From: Monocercomonoides exilis PA203
Lineage: Eukaryota > Protista > Preaxostyla
Reading direction: 5' to 3'
Assembly: GCA_001643675.2 (NCBI GenBank)
Contig: LSRY02000011.1
Location: forward strand, 310,001 to 374,000
DNA length: 64,000 nt
Below the pieces are notes generated by a model. It was not told where the DNA came from. It worked only from the letters and a program-made list of their open reading frames with translations, and made no database searches. Numbering within the stretch: the stretch's first letter is position 1; every line of letters starts with the position of its first letter. Made by a program: the position numbers and the translations under genes. Shown piece after piece: positions 43,677 through 53,316 of the stretch.

Positions 43677-45112
43677 ATGACTTTTTCTAACGCTGGAGAA
43701 TCAGGCATTGTTTTGCATGGGACAAAGCTAACTGATAAATTTAATGGTGTGAAGTTATTATACAAAAATGGTTTTAATTTTATTTTTCTAGAATTGTTTG
43801 ATGATCTTGAAAGATTCTCTGAAGCCGAGCAAAAACAAAAAATTTTGGAGATGAATGAATTGATGAACGAAATGGATAAAAATGAAATTTATTATATTCT
43901 TACTGATAAATTTTACAATGAAATATCTCGTAAGATTGAAACAAAACTAACAAAGGAAAATGCAGCTTTTCTACTGAAGCAAATTGGATTTAATAAAATA
44001 CTAAAATATCCGCTGGCCTATGGATTTGAATATTTGCCGTTACGTGAAAACGTTGAAAAGATGATGATTGATGAAAGCAAGAAGCATTTAAAAAAGAAGA
44101 ATCTATTTCTGATTGATCTTTGTGAGTGCTATCTTATGATTTCAAATGATTTGGGCGATGCACGAGAAAAATTGGTTGAAGCATGTGTGAGCTGCCTTCT
44201 AAAAACTGCGTTGGACAAAAAAGAACTTGAAAAAACAAAAGAAGAAGTGGAAATGGCAATGGTGGCGTTGAGCGTTATACCAAATTACAAGGTGTGAAAA
44301 CGACAATATTATAAAAGCTTTCAATACATTTTTTTCAGAAAGTGAAAAGAGGGCTTTATTTGAATAAGATTGTTGAAGTTATTAAGCATCATCAAGAGCA
44401 CAATAATCTGACAAGGCTTGCATATCAATCCGCTTGGAAATTTTTGATAAACAGGTTATGTAATGATAGGAAATTAGATAATTTGATAATGAATGAGCTG
44501 CATTTCGTGAAAGAAGCAAAAAGAGAGTTGAAAGAGCTTAGAGTGTGCATTGATTGGAAGAATAAGGAAAAAGAAAAAATTGGAGAAAAAAGAAAAGAAA
44601 TGAGTGTTGTTTCGAGGTGGTGTGAAACTATACAAATTTACCTATATAATTATGAATGGAATGCAGATTATGAAGGATTTGCCGAATTGGTTCCATGTAT
44701 AGTCGGGCTGTACCGTTCAGCTAAGAATTATGAAGATAACATATGCAAAGAATGTATATATTTTTTTGGAATGACGAAAGATACAGATGAAAAATCAGTT
44801 TCTGCTTTTGTGGAGAATGGAGCAGCGAAATGTGTTATGGAAGAAATGTGCAGACAGGAATTGGAGGATTATATGGTAGAGAAATGTCTTCATTTGTTTA
44901 CATTGTTATTAGAAAGTTTTAAAGAAAAGATAGATGAAGGATGGAACAAGGCAGAGTGGAAGAAGATTAAAAGAGAGCTATTTGAAAAGTTGGAAGAAGA
45001 AGGATATGATGATGTGATTACAAGTTATCATGATGTATTGCTTTTCTTGGTTCAAAAGTACGATGATAATACAACGTTGTCAAACTGTGCAGATTACTTG
45101 ATGAACGCTTAA
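43677..45112 (+). CDS. Member of a lineage-specific alpha-helical multigene family (introns 43747-43791 and 44292-44338)
   Basis: Two ORFs join by a GT-AG intron. Motifs LIDLCECY, EVEMAMVALS, HNNLTRLAYQSAWKFLINRL, NELHF and KLEEEGYDDVI are shared with the paralog at 46926-48418. Confidence 0.72.
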
Positions 45113-45559
45113 GGAAATAGAATGATGTACACACATATTAATAGTGAAATTATTTGCAAATTCAGAAATTGCGTTGTGAAGAAGCATATTTGATTTTTCC
45201 TTTATTTCTGATTGGGCAGTCTTTTATCCATATCAATTTAATGCCTTTTTTTTTCATTTTTTCATTTTGAATTAATCCGAAGTTACTTCCTCAATACATA
45301 AATTACTGCGATTTTGAACGTTCTTTTCATTATTAATTCTTCATTCAAATTTAAAGGAATACCTCGTAGCAAACTTTTCTGTTCGATCAGTCAAATTATT
45401 CTCCTTATTACAGAAGATGTTTGCAAAAGCAATATTATTATTGAAGCTCATTTCGTATTTGTTATTCATCAAAAAATCAATCTTTATATATCTTTTTTTA
45501 ATCAGAAAGTTATTTTGGATATTGGTTATTCAACAGTTTTTTACAAAGGAAAGTTATTA

Positions 45560-46499
45560 CACCAAAAATTATTCAAAGTCGAAAAACTTTCAACCAAAGT
45601 CGAAAAACTTTCAAACGAAATCGAAAATTATTATTCAAAGTCGGAAAACTTTCATTCGAAGTCGAAAGTTTTCATTCGAAGTCGAAAAAGTTTCATTCAA
45701 AGTCGAAAAAGTTGCAAACGAAATCGAAAAACTTTCAATCGAAATCGAAAAACTTTCAAACAAAGTCGAAAGTTCAAAAAACTTCAAATAGAAAGATAAG
45801 TTGGCAAAAATCAATAAAAATCAAAATTCATTTTTTTTATTAAAATATCAACTGTGCTTGTTATTTTAATGATTTTTCATCTCTTTTTCATACATATTTT
45901 TGTGCTTCCTTTGTCCAAATGCAAATTTGAAAAACATAAGAGGTATTTTAACATATTTTTGTCTCATATCAATTGAAAGCACACTTCTTCACAGAAAATA
46001 TGCTAAAGAAGATTATTGTTTTTTTAACCAATTTTATGGAGAATGAAGAATACAGTTTTGAATCTCTTTTTTCGTGTTCTTTCATAACAAAAAACTCATT
46101 TCTTATTGAAGGAAACAAATGTCAAAAATATTGTTTCGAGTTAATTTTTGAGTTTATTTTGGTTCGAAATCTTCATATTTTGCAGAAATCAACAACGCAA
46201 ACATTGCTGATGATATTTCCAAAAACAAAAGAATATTATTATCTTTTGTTGAATACTTTTTATTTAACGTTTATGTTTTTTGGAAATTTTCGATTTCGAT
46301 TGAAAGTTTTTCGATTTCGTTTGCAACTTTTTCGACTTTGAATGAAACTTTTTCGACTTCGAATGAAAACTTTCGACTTCGAATGAAAGTTTTCCGACTT
46401 TGAATAATAATTTTCGATTTCGTTTGAAAGTTTTTCGACTTTGGTTGAAAGTTTTTCGATTTTGATTGAAAGTTTTTCGACTTTGAATTATTTTTGGTG
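45560..46499. mobile_element. Non-autonomous TIR DNA transposon (MITE/foldback-like) with ~200-bp TIRs built from ~21-bp subrepeats; TA flanks
   Basis: Begins TA|CACCAAAAATTATTCAAAGTCGAAAAAC and ends GTTTTTCGACTTTGAATTATTTTTGGTG|TA. 45560-~45770 and ~46285-46499 are near-perfect reverse complements made of AAAGTCGAAAAACTTTCAxxC-type units. A second copy lies at 62810. Confidence 0.85.
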
Positions 46500-46507
46500 T
46501 ATCTTCG

Positions 46508-46561
<54 letters not shown>
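46508..46561 (+). repeat. Poly(A) homopolymer (~54 nt)
   Basis: Directly visible, 8 bp from the right TIR. Confidence 0.95.
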
Positions 46562-46565
<4 letters not shown>

Positions 46566-46925
46566 AGATATTAGTGTCATATGAGATAGATAAGCAGTTA
46601 AAAGCTTATTCATTAAAGACGAGATGAGAAATGGGAAACTCACAGTTGTCCAGATGTTTCAGAGAAAATAGCTAAACTGTTGAATTTTCATTATGTAATT
46701 AATCTCCTTCAAGAAGATAAAGAACAATAATCCTTTCAACGAAGATTCTCGATGATAATTACCGAAAAGGGATAATATATTTTTCTTTCTTTCTTTTATA
46801 ATTTTTGAAAAAGGAAATAAAAACATTTATAGACGCTCTTCAATTAATTTATTTATTATTTTGCGAAATGATTAAAATTGAAAAGGATAGTTTTTGAGTC
46901 ATAAAGCTAAATGAAACGAATTTGG

Positions 46926-48418
46926 TTAAACTCCAACAAAATAATCAGTTATATTCAACGATAAAACATCATTATGATGTTTTTTATTTATAAAAGAAAT
47001 TTCTCCATAAAGGCTTGCAATGATATCGTCATATCCTTCTTCTTCCATTTTTTCAACTACTTTCCTTTTCAACTCTTTTCTTTTCACTTCTTCGATTTCA
47101 TCTTTCCTCACGTTTTTCTATCGCCATGAAATGCGACAAAAATACGTCAATAATTCACGTTCCATTTCTTCATTCAACGTTGGTCGCAGGATCTCCTCCA
47201 AAATGAGATCAACTGCTCCGCTTTTCACAAAGTCATCAAATTCTGTAAAAATTCTATTCACTGATGTCAGAAATATTTTTATGCAAATGAAGTTGATTTC
47301 TCTGCAATAGCTCTTAAAAGACATAATGAAAATATAATCATTTTCTCCGTAATTATCTTTTGTTGCTCTATACACTTGAGAAATGCTTCTGATAAGCTCA
47401 GAATATTCTTCATTACACGTGTGACAAATTATAAAAGAAAAATTCAATATTCTCAACCATCTCAATAAAACAAGCACTTCTTTCAGTTCATTTCCTCGTT
47501 TCGTTTCTTTTATCTTCCAATCAATGCATCCTGTCAGTTCTTGCAATTCTCTTGCTGCCTCTCTCGAAAAATGCAGCTCATTCACAATAACTTCTTCCAA
47601 GCTATTGTCAGCCAAAAGTCGGTGAATCAAAAAGTCCCAAACAGACCAATATGCAAGTCGTGTCAGATTTCTGTGCTTTTGCTGATATTCCATGATATCT
47701 TCAATTTCCTTCAAATACAGTTCTCGTTCGATAAACTAATAAGAAATAAGAAAAATAAGAAAAATAAGAAAAATGTCAAATGGAAGTAATAATGTTCTAA
47801 CATAATTTTCTACGTTGCTCAGCGCCAATAGATCCATTTCCACTTCTTTTTGACTCTCCTCGCTTTCCACTTTCTTCAATGCAGCTTTCAAAATACACGG
47901 CACGCAGATCGACGGCAATTCAGATGAGAAGTTGCGACCAAGAGAAACAAAGCATTGGCAAAGATCGATTAATAGTTTTTCATTCTTTTCTTCTTTTTTC
48001 TCATTTTCATTTATAATCATCTTTTTAAATCTTTCTTTCAAAGAAGATTTTTGAAAATTTTCAACATCCACATTTCTCAGAATCTTCAAATAACCAATAT
48101 GCTTCAACAGGAAAATTGTATTTTCCATTGAAAGTTTCTTTTTTCCAATTATTTTGTTCATTCTGTTGAACAGTTCTTTTGTGAATGCAAGTCCGAAAAC
48201 ATCATGCATTATTTCATCAATCATTTCATCCATTTCATGAACTTTCTGCCTTTGCTTTTCCTCATCGCAATCTTCCAGCCCATTTAGCAATTCTTCAATA
48301 AAAAAAAAGTGAAGGAAAGAAATGCAATCAGCATAAAATTGAAACAACAATCATTGCACAAGCGAGTGAATTTTTTGTTGGTATCCTTTCCATGCAATTT
48401 TTTTACAAGATGAATCAT
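46926..48418 (-). pseudogene. Paralog of the 43677-45112 helical family with a premature in-frame TAG
   Basis: Same family motifs (LIDLCQCF, EVEMDLLALS, HRNLTRLAYWSVWDFLIHRL, KMEEEGYDDII). ORFs 47118..47714 and 46926..47111 are in one frame separated by a TAG at 47118-47120. The first-intron donor looks degenerate. Confidence 0.7.
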
Positions 48419-48748
48419 TCAGGATGTAACGTCGTTTTAATTTTGGTTTTGAATTTGCATATGTTAAAATAAATAAAATATATAAAAATTCAAAATCCTA
48501 AATAACTATGTAACAATAAGCATTCACATAACCACATGGAATATTGACATTTTTGGTTCGGAATTTCACAGAAAAACACAATGCTTTATCTTTGTTTGCT
48601 TGCAATTATGGTTTGTCTGATAAAAAATGATGATGTGAATAGTTTTTTGTCATTCATCAATAATCTTTTGAATTGCATTATAAGAAAAATAGAAAGAATG
48701 ATTTGAAAATCACAACTGTCATTTCCTTTGCTTTTGGGATACGACAGG

Positions 48749-48836
48749 AATCAAAACGCAAGCATTTTGATTCACAAGAAAACATTCATTCACTTTCTTC
48801 TCTTCGATCTGAGAGTATCACTTAAGGGTCAGTCAC
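48749..48836 (+). repeat. DIRS left terminus (left extension plus 49-bp ITR)
   Basis: 48788-48836 (attcactttc...agtcac) is the exact reverse complement of 53249-53297. 48749-48816 is the exact reverse complement of 52976-53043. Confidence 0.93.
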
Positions 48837-48854
48837 GGCGAATCTGAAAAAAGA

Positions 48855-49697
48855 ATGCTCTCTAGCTCTCCACTCAGCACTGGACCCGCGTTGAATTCTG
48901 CCACATCAATGATGTCAGATGGACCTCCGGGAGAGATGTTTTCGAGTATGATTTCTCGTTCCAGTTCTGAATTTTCACAACAGATCCCGGGAGCTTCAGA
49001 AGCAAAAGAAAGCTATGGCGAGGATAGTTTGCTGCAAGGAAAAAGTTTTAAAACAATATTTCTTAGAGATCCAGATTGCAGCTTATATGATATGGACTTA
49101 CCTGAAAGATATTTGGAAGATCTTATTATTGACCTGAAGGAAGATGATTTAAGTCCATTTCTGCCAAAGGCCCCCCCTACAGCTTCGAGAACAGATAATT
49201 GGATGAACGACGCATTGGATAATGCAGGCGAGCGAACTGAAGCTTTTTTATATCCGGCCATAAAAATTCTGCTTTACACACATGCGAAATTAAAAGAAAA
49301 AGATGACGAAAAAGGATCAATTGCAGATGCAATTTTATTAGTTTCAAAAGCGCTGAAGGAAGCAAGATCTGTAAGAATTCAAGGAAGATTCGGCTTTAGG
49401 GCAGCTGCACAGATGAAGGAGAGCTCAGCTACCAGTCTTCTTACTCAAAGGCAATCAGAAGTCCTTGAAGAATGGAGAAAAACAGAAAAGAGTCAACAAT
49501 TCAAGCTGCAAACAACAAGCTGGCCTATGAGAAGGAGTCCGATAAGATACAGAACTATTCCAACCAGAAGATCAGTTAGCCACAGATTTTTTCAAGCAGC
49601 TCCCCGATTGTCAAGACAACAAAACCAAATCCGGCTGCGACCAAGAGCTTCAAGCTTCGCTTCAAGAAGGCAATCAGGGGAGCGAAAATTCCAATAG
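48855..49697 (+). CDS. DIRS ORF1, gag-like protein
   Basis: 280-aa ORF starting just inside the left ITR, with a helical core and basic Arg-rich C-terminus. The call rests on position. Confidence 0.7.
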   Translation: MLSSSPLSTGPALNSATSMMSDGPPGEMFSSMISRSSSEFSQQIPGASEAKESYGEDSLLQGKSFKTIFLRDPDCSLYDMDLPERYLEDLIIDLKEDDLSPFLPKAPPTASRTDNWMNDALDNAGERTEAFLYPAIKILLYTHAKLKEKDDEKGSIADAILLVSKALKEARSVRIQGRFGFRAAAQMKESSATSLLTQRQSEVLEEWRKTEKSQQFKLQTTSWPMRRSPIRYRTIPTRRSVSHRFFQAAPRLSRQQNQIRLRPRASSFASRRQSGERKFQ

Positions 49698-49744
49698 AAG
49701 AAACGAACAGCATTCTACAGCCCACAGAAGTCCGACAAGAGGCA

Positions 49745-51640
49745 ATGGTTGGAGGAAGAACTTGTTTATTTCGAGAAGAATGGGAAAAAATTGGAGGAGC
49801 ACGAATTATTGGGAAAGGAGTTATCCCTGTTTGGAGGAGCAAAGCTGCGAAGGAATCACTCAAGAAAACAGGAGTATTCAACCCTTTGGAGCATCAGAGT
49901 CAAGAAGCCCAACAAGCCTTTTCAGAGATGATCTAGAAGCAACTAGAAACAAATATCATCAAGCCGATTCAGGAGAAGGATGTGAAGCATTTGAATCCAG
50001 TGTTTGTAATCAGAAAGAAAGACGGTGGCTGGAGGCAAATCGTGGATTGCCGAAGACTCAACAATGCAATCAAGACGATTTATTACAAGCAAGAAGACCA
50101 CAGGACTGTGGAGAAAATTATACAAGAAAAAGATTACGCAGTCACATTGGACTTGAGCCAAGCTTATTATCTTATAAAAGTCAGCGAAGAATTATCTCCA
50201 TTCCTTTCGTTCGTTTTCAAAGGAAAATACTACGCTTTCCACGGAATGCCTTTCGGTTACAAAGATGCTCCTCGAACGTTCACAAAAGTGATGAAAAAAG
50301 TTCTAAAATATATGAGGGAGGAATGGAACGTGAGAGCCATTGCATACCTGGACGATATTGTTCTTCTTCATCAAGACCCGCAGGAACTCAATATTATTGT
50401 GGAGAAAACTCTTTCGATGTTCAACAAATTGGGGCTATTGGTCAATTCAGAAAAATGTCATTTAATTCCAAGTCAGCAGTTCAAATTTTTGGGCTTCCAA
50501 TGGGATACCAATCAGTTTGTGGTACAGATAGAGGAATCGAAGAAAATCGAGCTGATGAAAGAGTGCAAGAAATGGAGGAGGATTTCCCAGAACAACAGAA
50601 TTGTTTCGATAAAGAAGTTTGCCTCGTTGATAGGGAAACTGAATGCAACCAGATTCGTGTATCAAGAAGCCTCCCTGAATTTGTCACAACTGTACAAACT
50701 CCTAAACAAAGCTTTGAGTCTGAATGGATGGCAAGGAAAAATGCGCGTGAATGCATCGATAACAAATTGCCTCAGGAAGTGGAGCGAAAGGCTGAAAGAG
50801 AACCAACCAAGGAAATTGAATCCAGTGTTTCGACCAGAAGCAATTCTTACGACAGATGCATCAGGGTTTGCCATAGGTGCAACACTAAAATTCAACAATC
50901 AAATGCTGGACTTTCACAAACCTCTTCCACATCCAGTCAGAAACCAAAGTTCAAATTACAGAGAGTTATTTGCGATAAATCAAGCCATCGCGCATTTCTC
51001 AAATTCCATTCGAAATCAAGAAATAAGAAATGTGCTTATTCGATCAGACAACACAACAGCAGTTTACAATCTGAATCGATGGGGAGCGGGTCCGAATCTC
51101 AGAACCCTTCTGAAGAGAATATGGAGTCAAACCCAAGCGCTGAAAGTTGTTGTGAAAGCTCAACATATTCCCGGGGAGAGAAACGCAAGAGCAGATGGCC
51201 TATCGAGATTGGCAAAAGGAGGAGATTACGAAGTCGAACAAGAAGCACTCGAAGAGATCACCAAACAACTTCAGATGCGCATCACACTCGATGTCTTCGC
51301 GACAAAAGAAAACACAAAAGCAATGAGATGGTGCGGACCAGGAAGCAATTTAAGTCAAGACGGGTTGCAAATTTCTTGGAGAAACGAGACAGTTCTTGCA
51401 CATCCACCAGTTCCCTTGATTCCAGCAGTTATCCAAAAAGCAGCGAAGGAGAAAGCTCGAGTTCTTCTTCTTCTTCCAGATTGGAAAGGTCAGATATGGG
51501 AACCTCTTCTGAACAACACAAATCACATCTCTTGGACATGGAGGAGAACGGAGGAGATTATCAAGGAAGGAAGATGGATGAAGCTGATGAATGCAACGCT
51601 GCCTCCAGGGAGACTGAGGATATGCCTAATCAATCCATAA
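49745..51640 (+). CDS. DIRS pol: reverse transcriptase, RNase H and methyltransferase-like domain; one in-frame TAG at 49934-49936
   Basis: RT motifs: PVFVIRKKDGGWRQIVDCRRLN, TLDLSQAY, MPFG and YLDD. RNase H motifs: TTDAS, RELFAI, IRSDN and ADGLSR. MT-like motifs: LDVFAT...SW...AHPP. ORFs 49745..49936 and 49982..51640 share one frame. Confidence 0.9.
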
Positions 51641-52959
51641 CAGAAAAGGGAGAATCGTGGTGGAACGAGATTCTAGCATCAAGAAGTATGTCACGTGAAC
51701 TGGCCGAAGAGTGCAAAAACAGTGTCGCAAGTGCCACATGGATGGGATACACTTATGGCTTCGCACATTTCAGAGACGGATGGGATCAGTTGAAATTCAA
51801 AGACATCCCTTCTAAATTTCAGATTTGGCAAAAAAGATGCCTGGATGTGTTCGTCGCCTTGAAAAACAACGGAATGAAAGCTTCTTCATTGAGAATTGTC
51901 AGATCTGCCATTTCCTTCCTAACATCAGTATTATACGGAAAATCACTTGGGGAGAACACCTTGATTTCAATCCTGTTTCGATCATTCAGGAGATCGGAAT
52001 GCAGAAAGAAAAAGAGACAAGATGATATGTGGAACCCTCAACAACTATTCACATATATAGAAACGATTGGAAAGAACGAAAATTTGTCATTCTCACAGCT
52101 AACGAGGAAAACAATTTGTTTGTGCATGATGTTCTCTGCGTGCCGCTTCACAGAACTGGAAAGAATTAATCGCAAGGAATCAGAAATAGATAAACAATCA
52201 ATTAACCTAAATACATCACTAAAAACTGGACTTGAAAGAAGCAACATTGTCATCCCATTCCTCAGCAAGGAAAGTTTGATATGTCCAGCAACAGCCGTTA
52301 GAGATCTATGGGATCGAGTGAAAATTCACAATCCAACTTCTAATAAACTATTTCTGAGCTCTTCAACATATGATCCAATGAAGGCCCGTGCAATTCGAAA
52401 AGCAGCAAGCGAAATGATGAATGATGCAAGAATCCCTTCGAACTTCAGCCCATACACCTTGAAACATGCCTCCATATCAGCCTTAACAATGGCAGGAACT
52501 CCAGTCGAACAGGTGGCAAAATTCGCAAGATTATCCCCCAGAAGCAACACAGTGATTAAACATTATTTCAAATCCAATATATCAAACAAGATGGCACAGA
52601 TTATATCGTCCAATCGGGAGACAAATAAAGCAACTCAACAACCTTCCACAATTCCTCCATCCACAACTGCACCAGACGAAAAAGATTCCATCATTTCCAT
52701 CAATCAACAATCACGTTTGCCAGAAGGCCATGAAACAGAGAAAGCGAGAGAAGAGATTTCACAACCAGACCGTATCGAAGAACCAGATGATAATGAGTCT
52801 CAATCTATCCACGAAAAGCAATCAAATACCACGAACAATGAAAACATGAAAGACGAAAATGAAATCATCGAAGAAAAATGCATCCAGTTTATTATTCGAA
52901 CAAGATCACAGAGACGAAAAGAAATGATGGAAAGAGAAAATTCAGAAAGTAATCCATAA
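49780..52959 (+). CDS. DIRS ORF3, tyrosine recombinase (YR) with a long N-terminal extension overlapping pol in another frame
   Basis: The frame is open from 49546 to 52959. The YR-like core at ~51640-52590 reads LTRKTICLCMMFSACRFTEL, LKT, ICPATAV, LFL, SPYTLKHASIS and TVIKHY. Confidence 0.85.
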   Translation: MGKNWRSTNYWERSYPCLEEQSCEGITQENRSIQPFGASESRSPTSLFRDDLEATRNKYHQADSGEGCEAFESSVCNQKERRWLEANRGLPKTQQCNQDDLLQARRPQDCGENYTRKRLRSHIGLEPSLLSYKSQRRIISIPFVRFQRKILRFPRNAFRLQRCSSNVHKSDEKSSKIYEGGMERESHCIPGRYCSSSSRPAGTQYYCGENSFDVQQIGAIGQFRKMSFNSKSAVQIFGLPMGYQSVCGTDRGIEENRADERVQEMEEDFPEQQNCFDKEVCLVDRETECNQIRVSRSLPEFVTTVQTPKQSFESEWMARKNARECIDNKLPQEVERKAEREPTKEIESSVSTRSNSYDRCIRVCHRCNTKIQQSNAGLSQTSSTSSQKPKFKLQRVICDKSSHRAFLKFHSKSRNKKCAYSIRQHNSSLQSESMGSGSESQNPSEENMESNPSAESCCESSTYSRGEKRKSRWPIEIGKRRRLRSRTRSTRRDHQTTSDAHHTRCLRDKRKHKSNEMVRTRKQFKSRRVANFLEKRDSSCTSTSSLDSSSYPKSSEGESSSSSSSSRLERSDMGTSSEQHKSHLLDMEENGGDYQGRKMDEADECNAASRETEDMPNQSITEKGESWWNEILASRSMSRELAEECKNSVASATWMGYTYGFAHFRDGWDQLKFKDIPSKFQIWQKRCLDVFVALKNNGMKASSLRIVRSAISFLTSVLYGKSLGENTLISILFRSFRRSECRKKKRQDDMWNPQQLFTYIETIGKNENLSFSQLTRKTICLCMMFSACRFTELERINRKESEIDKQSINLNTSLKTGLERSNIVIPFLSKESLICPATAVRDLWDRVKIHNPTSNKLFLSSSTYDPMKARAIRKAASEMMNDARIPSNFSPYTLKHASISALTMAGTPVEQVAKFARLSPRSNTVIKHYFKSNISNKMAQIISSNRETNKATQQPSTIPPSTTAPDEKDSIISINQQSRLPEGHETEKAREEISQPDRIEEPDDNESQSIHEKQSNTTNNENMKDENEIIEEKCIQFIIRTRSQRRKEMMERENSESNP

Positions 52960-52975
52960 CGCCCAATTACTCCAA

Positions 52976-53078
52976 ACTCTCAGATCGAAGAGAAGAAAGT
53001 GAATGAATGTTTTCTTGTGAATCAAAATGCTTGCGTTTTGATTGAAAAAGAAAATATGAAATTCACTTTCTTCTCTTC
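52976..53078 (+). repeat. DIRS internal complementary region (ICR)
   Basis: 52976-53043 pairs with the left end 48749-48816, and 53042-53078 pairs with the right end 53280-53316. The two halves are fused at ATT (53041-53043). Confidence 0.93.
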
Positions 53079-53248
53079 ACCCACCGTGTTTTCACTCCCA
53101 CCCTGTGAAGAAAGCTTTGAACAAGCTCCAGATGTAATACTAACCCAAAACCCATTTTGAAACCCATTTCACCTTTTTCTCTTCAAGCGCAATTTGTATT
53201 CTCACACGCATTTTCCTCACTTCACTTTTTTAAACTCGATTCGCTTGG

Positions 53249-53316
53249 GTGACTGACCCTTAAGTGATACTCTCAGATCGAAGAGAAGAAAGTGAATTTC
53301 ATATTTTCTTTTTCAA
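53249..53316 (+). repeat. DIRS right terminus (ITR plus right extension)
   Basis: gtgactgacccttaagtgatactctcagatcgaagagaagaaagtgaat followed by ttcatattttctttttcaa. Confidence 0.93.

Larger units (their letters stand above)
48749..53316 (+). mobile_element. DIRS1-type tyrosine-recombinase retrotransposon, full length (~4.57 kb)
   Basis: Inverted terminal repeats at 48788-48836 and 53249-53297. The internal complementary region 52976-53078 is complementary to both element ends. Gag-like, RT/RNaseH/MT and YR ORFs are in the DIRS order with overlapping frames. Confidence 0.95.

Noticed and set aside
45560-45790. ~21-bp repeat array as a CRISPR array, or ORFs 45314..45799, 45417..45791 and 46264..46566 as genes
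   Set aside because: The units are contiguous with no unique spacers, there are no cas genes, and the array is mirrored as a TIR. The ORFs are by-products of a stop-poor repeat.
46508-46561. Poly(A) as the tail of a SINE/LINE or retrocopy
   Set aside because: No TSD or element body is identifiable, a similar A-run occurs at 23928-23961, and the length may be an assembly artefact.
47118-49936. Alternative genetic code (TAG=Gln) suggested by two in-frame TAGs
   Set aside because: Long conserved genes in the window contain no in-frame TAA/TAG and end at TAA, TAG or TGA where expected. Both cases are in a pseudogene or a transposon.
48749-53316. LTR retrotransposon, retron or diversity-generating retroelement
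   Set aside because: There are no direct LTRs, DDE integrase or protease. The repeats are exact inverted complements rather than a TR/VR pair with adenine-specific mismatches. YR plus ITR/ICR identifies DIRS.
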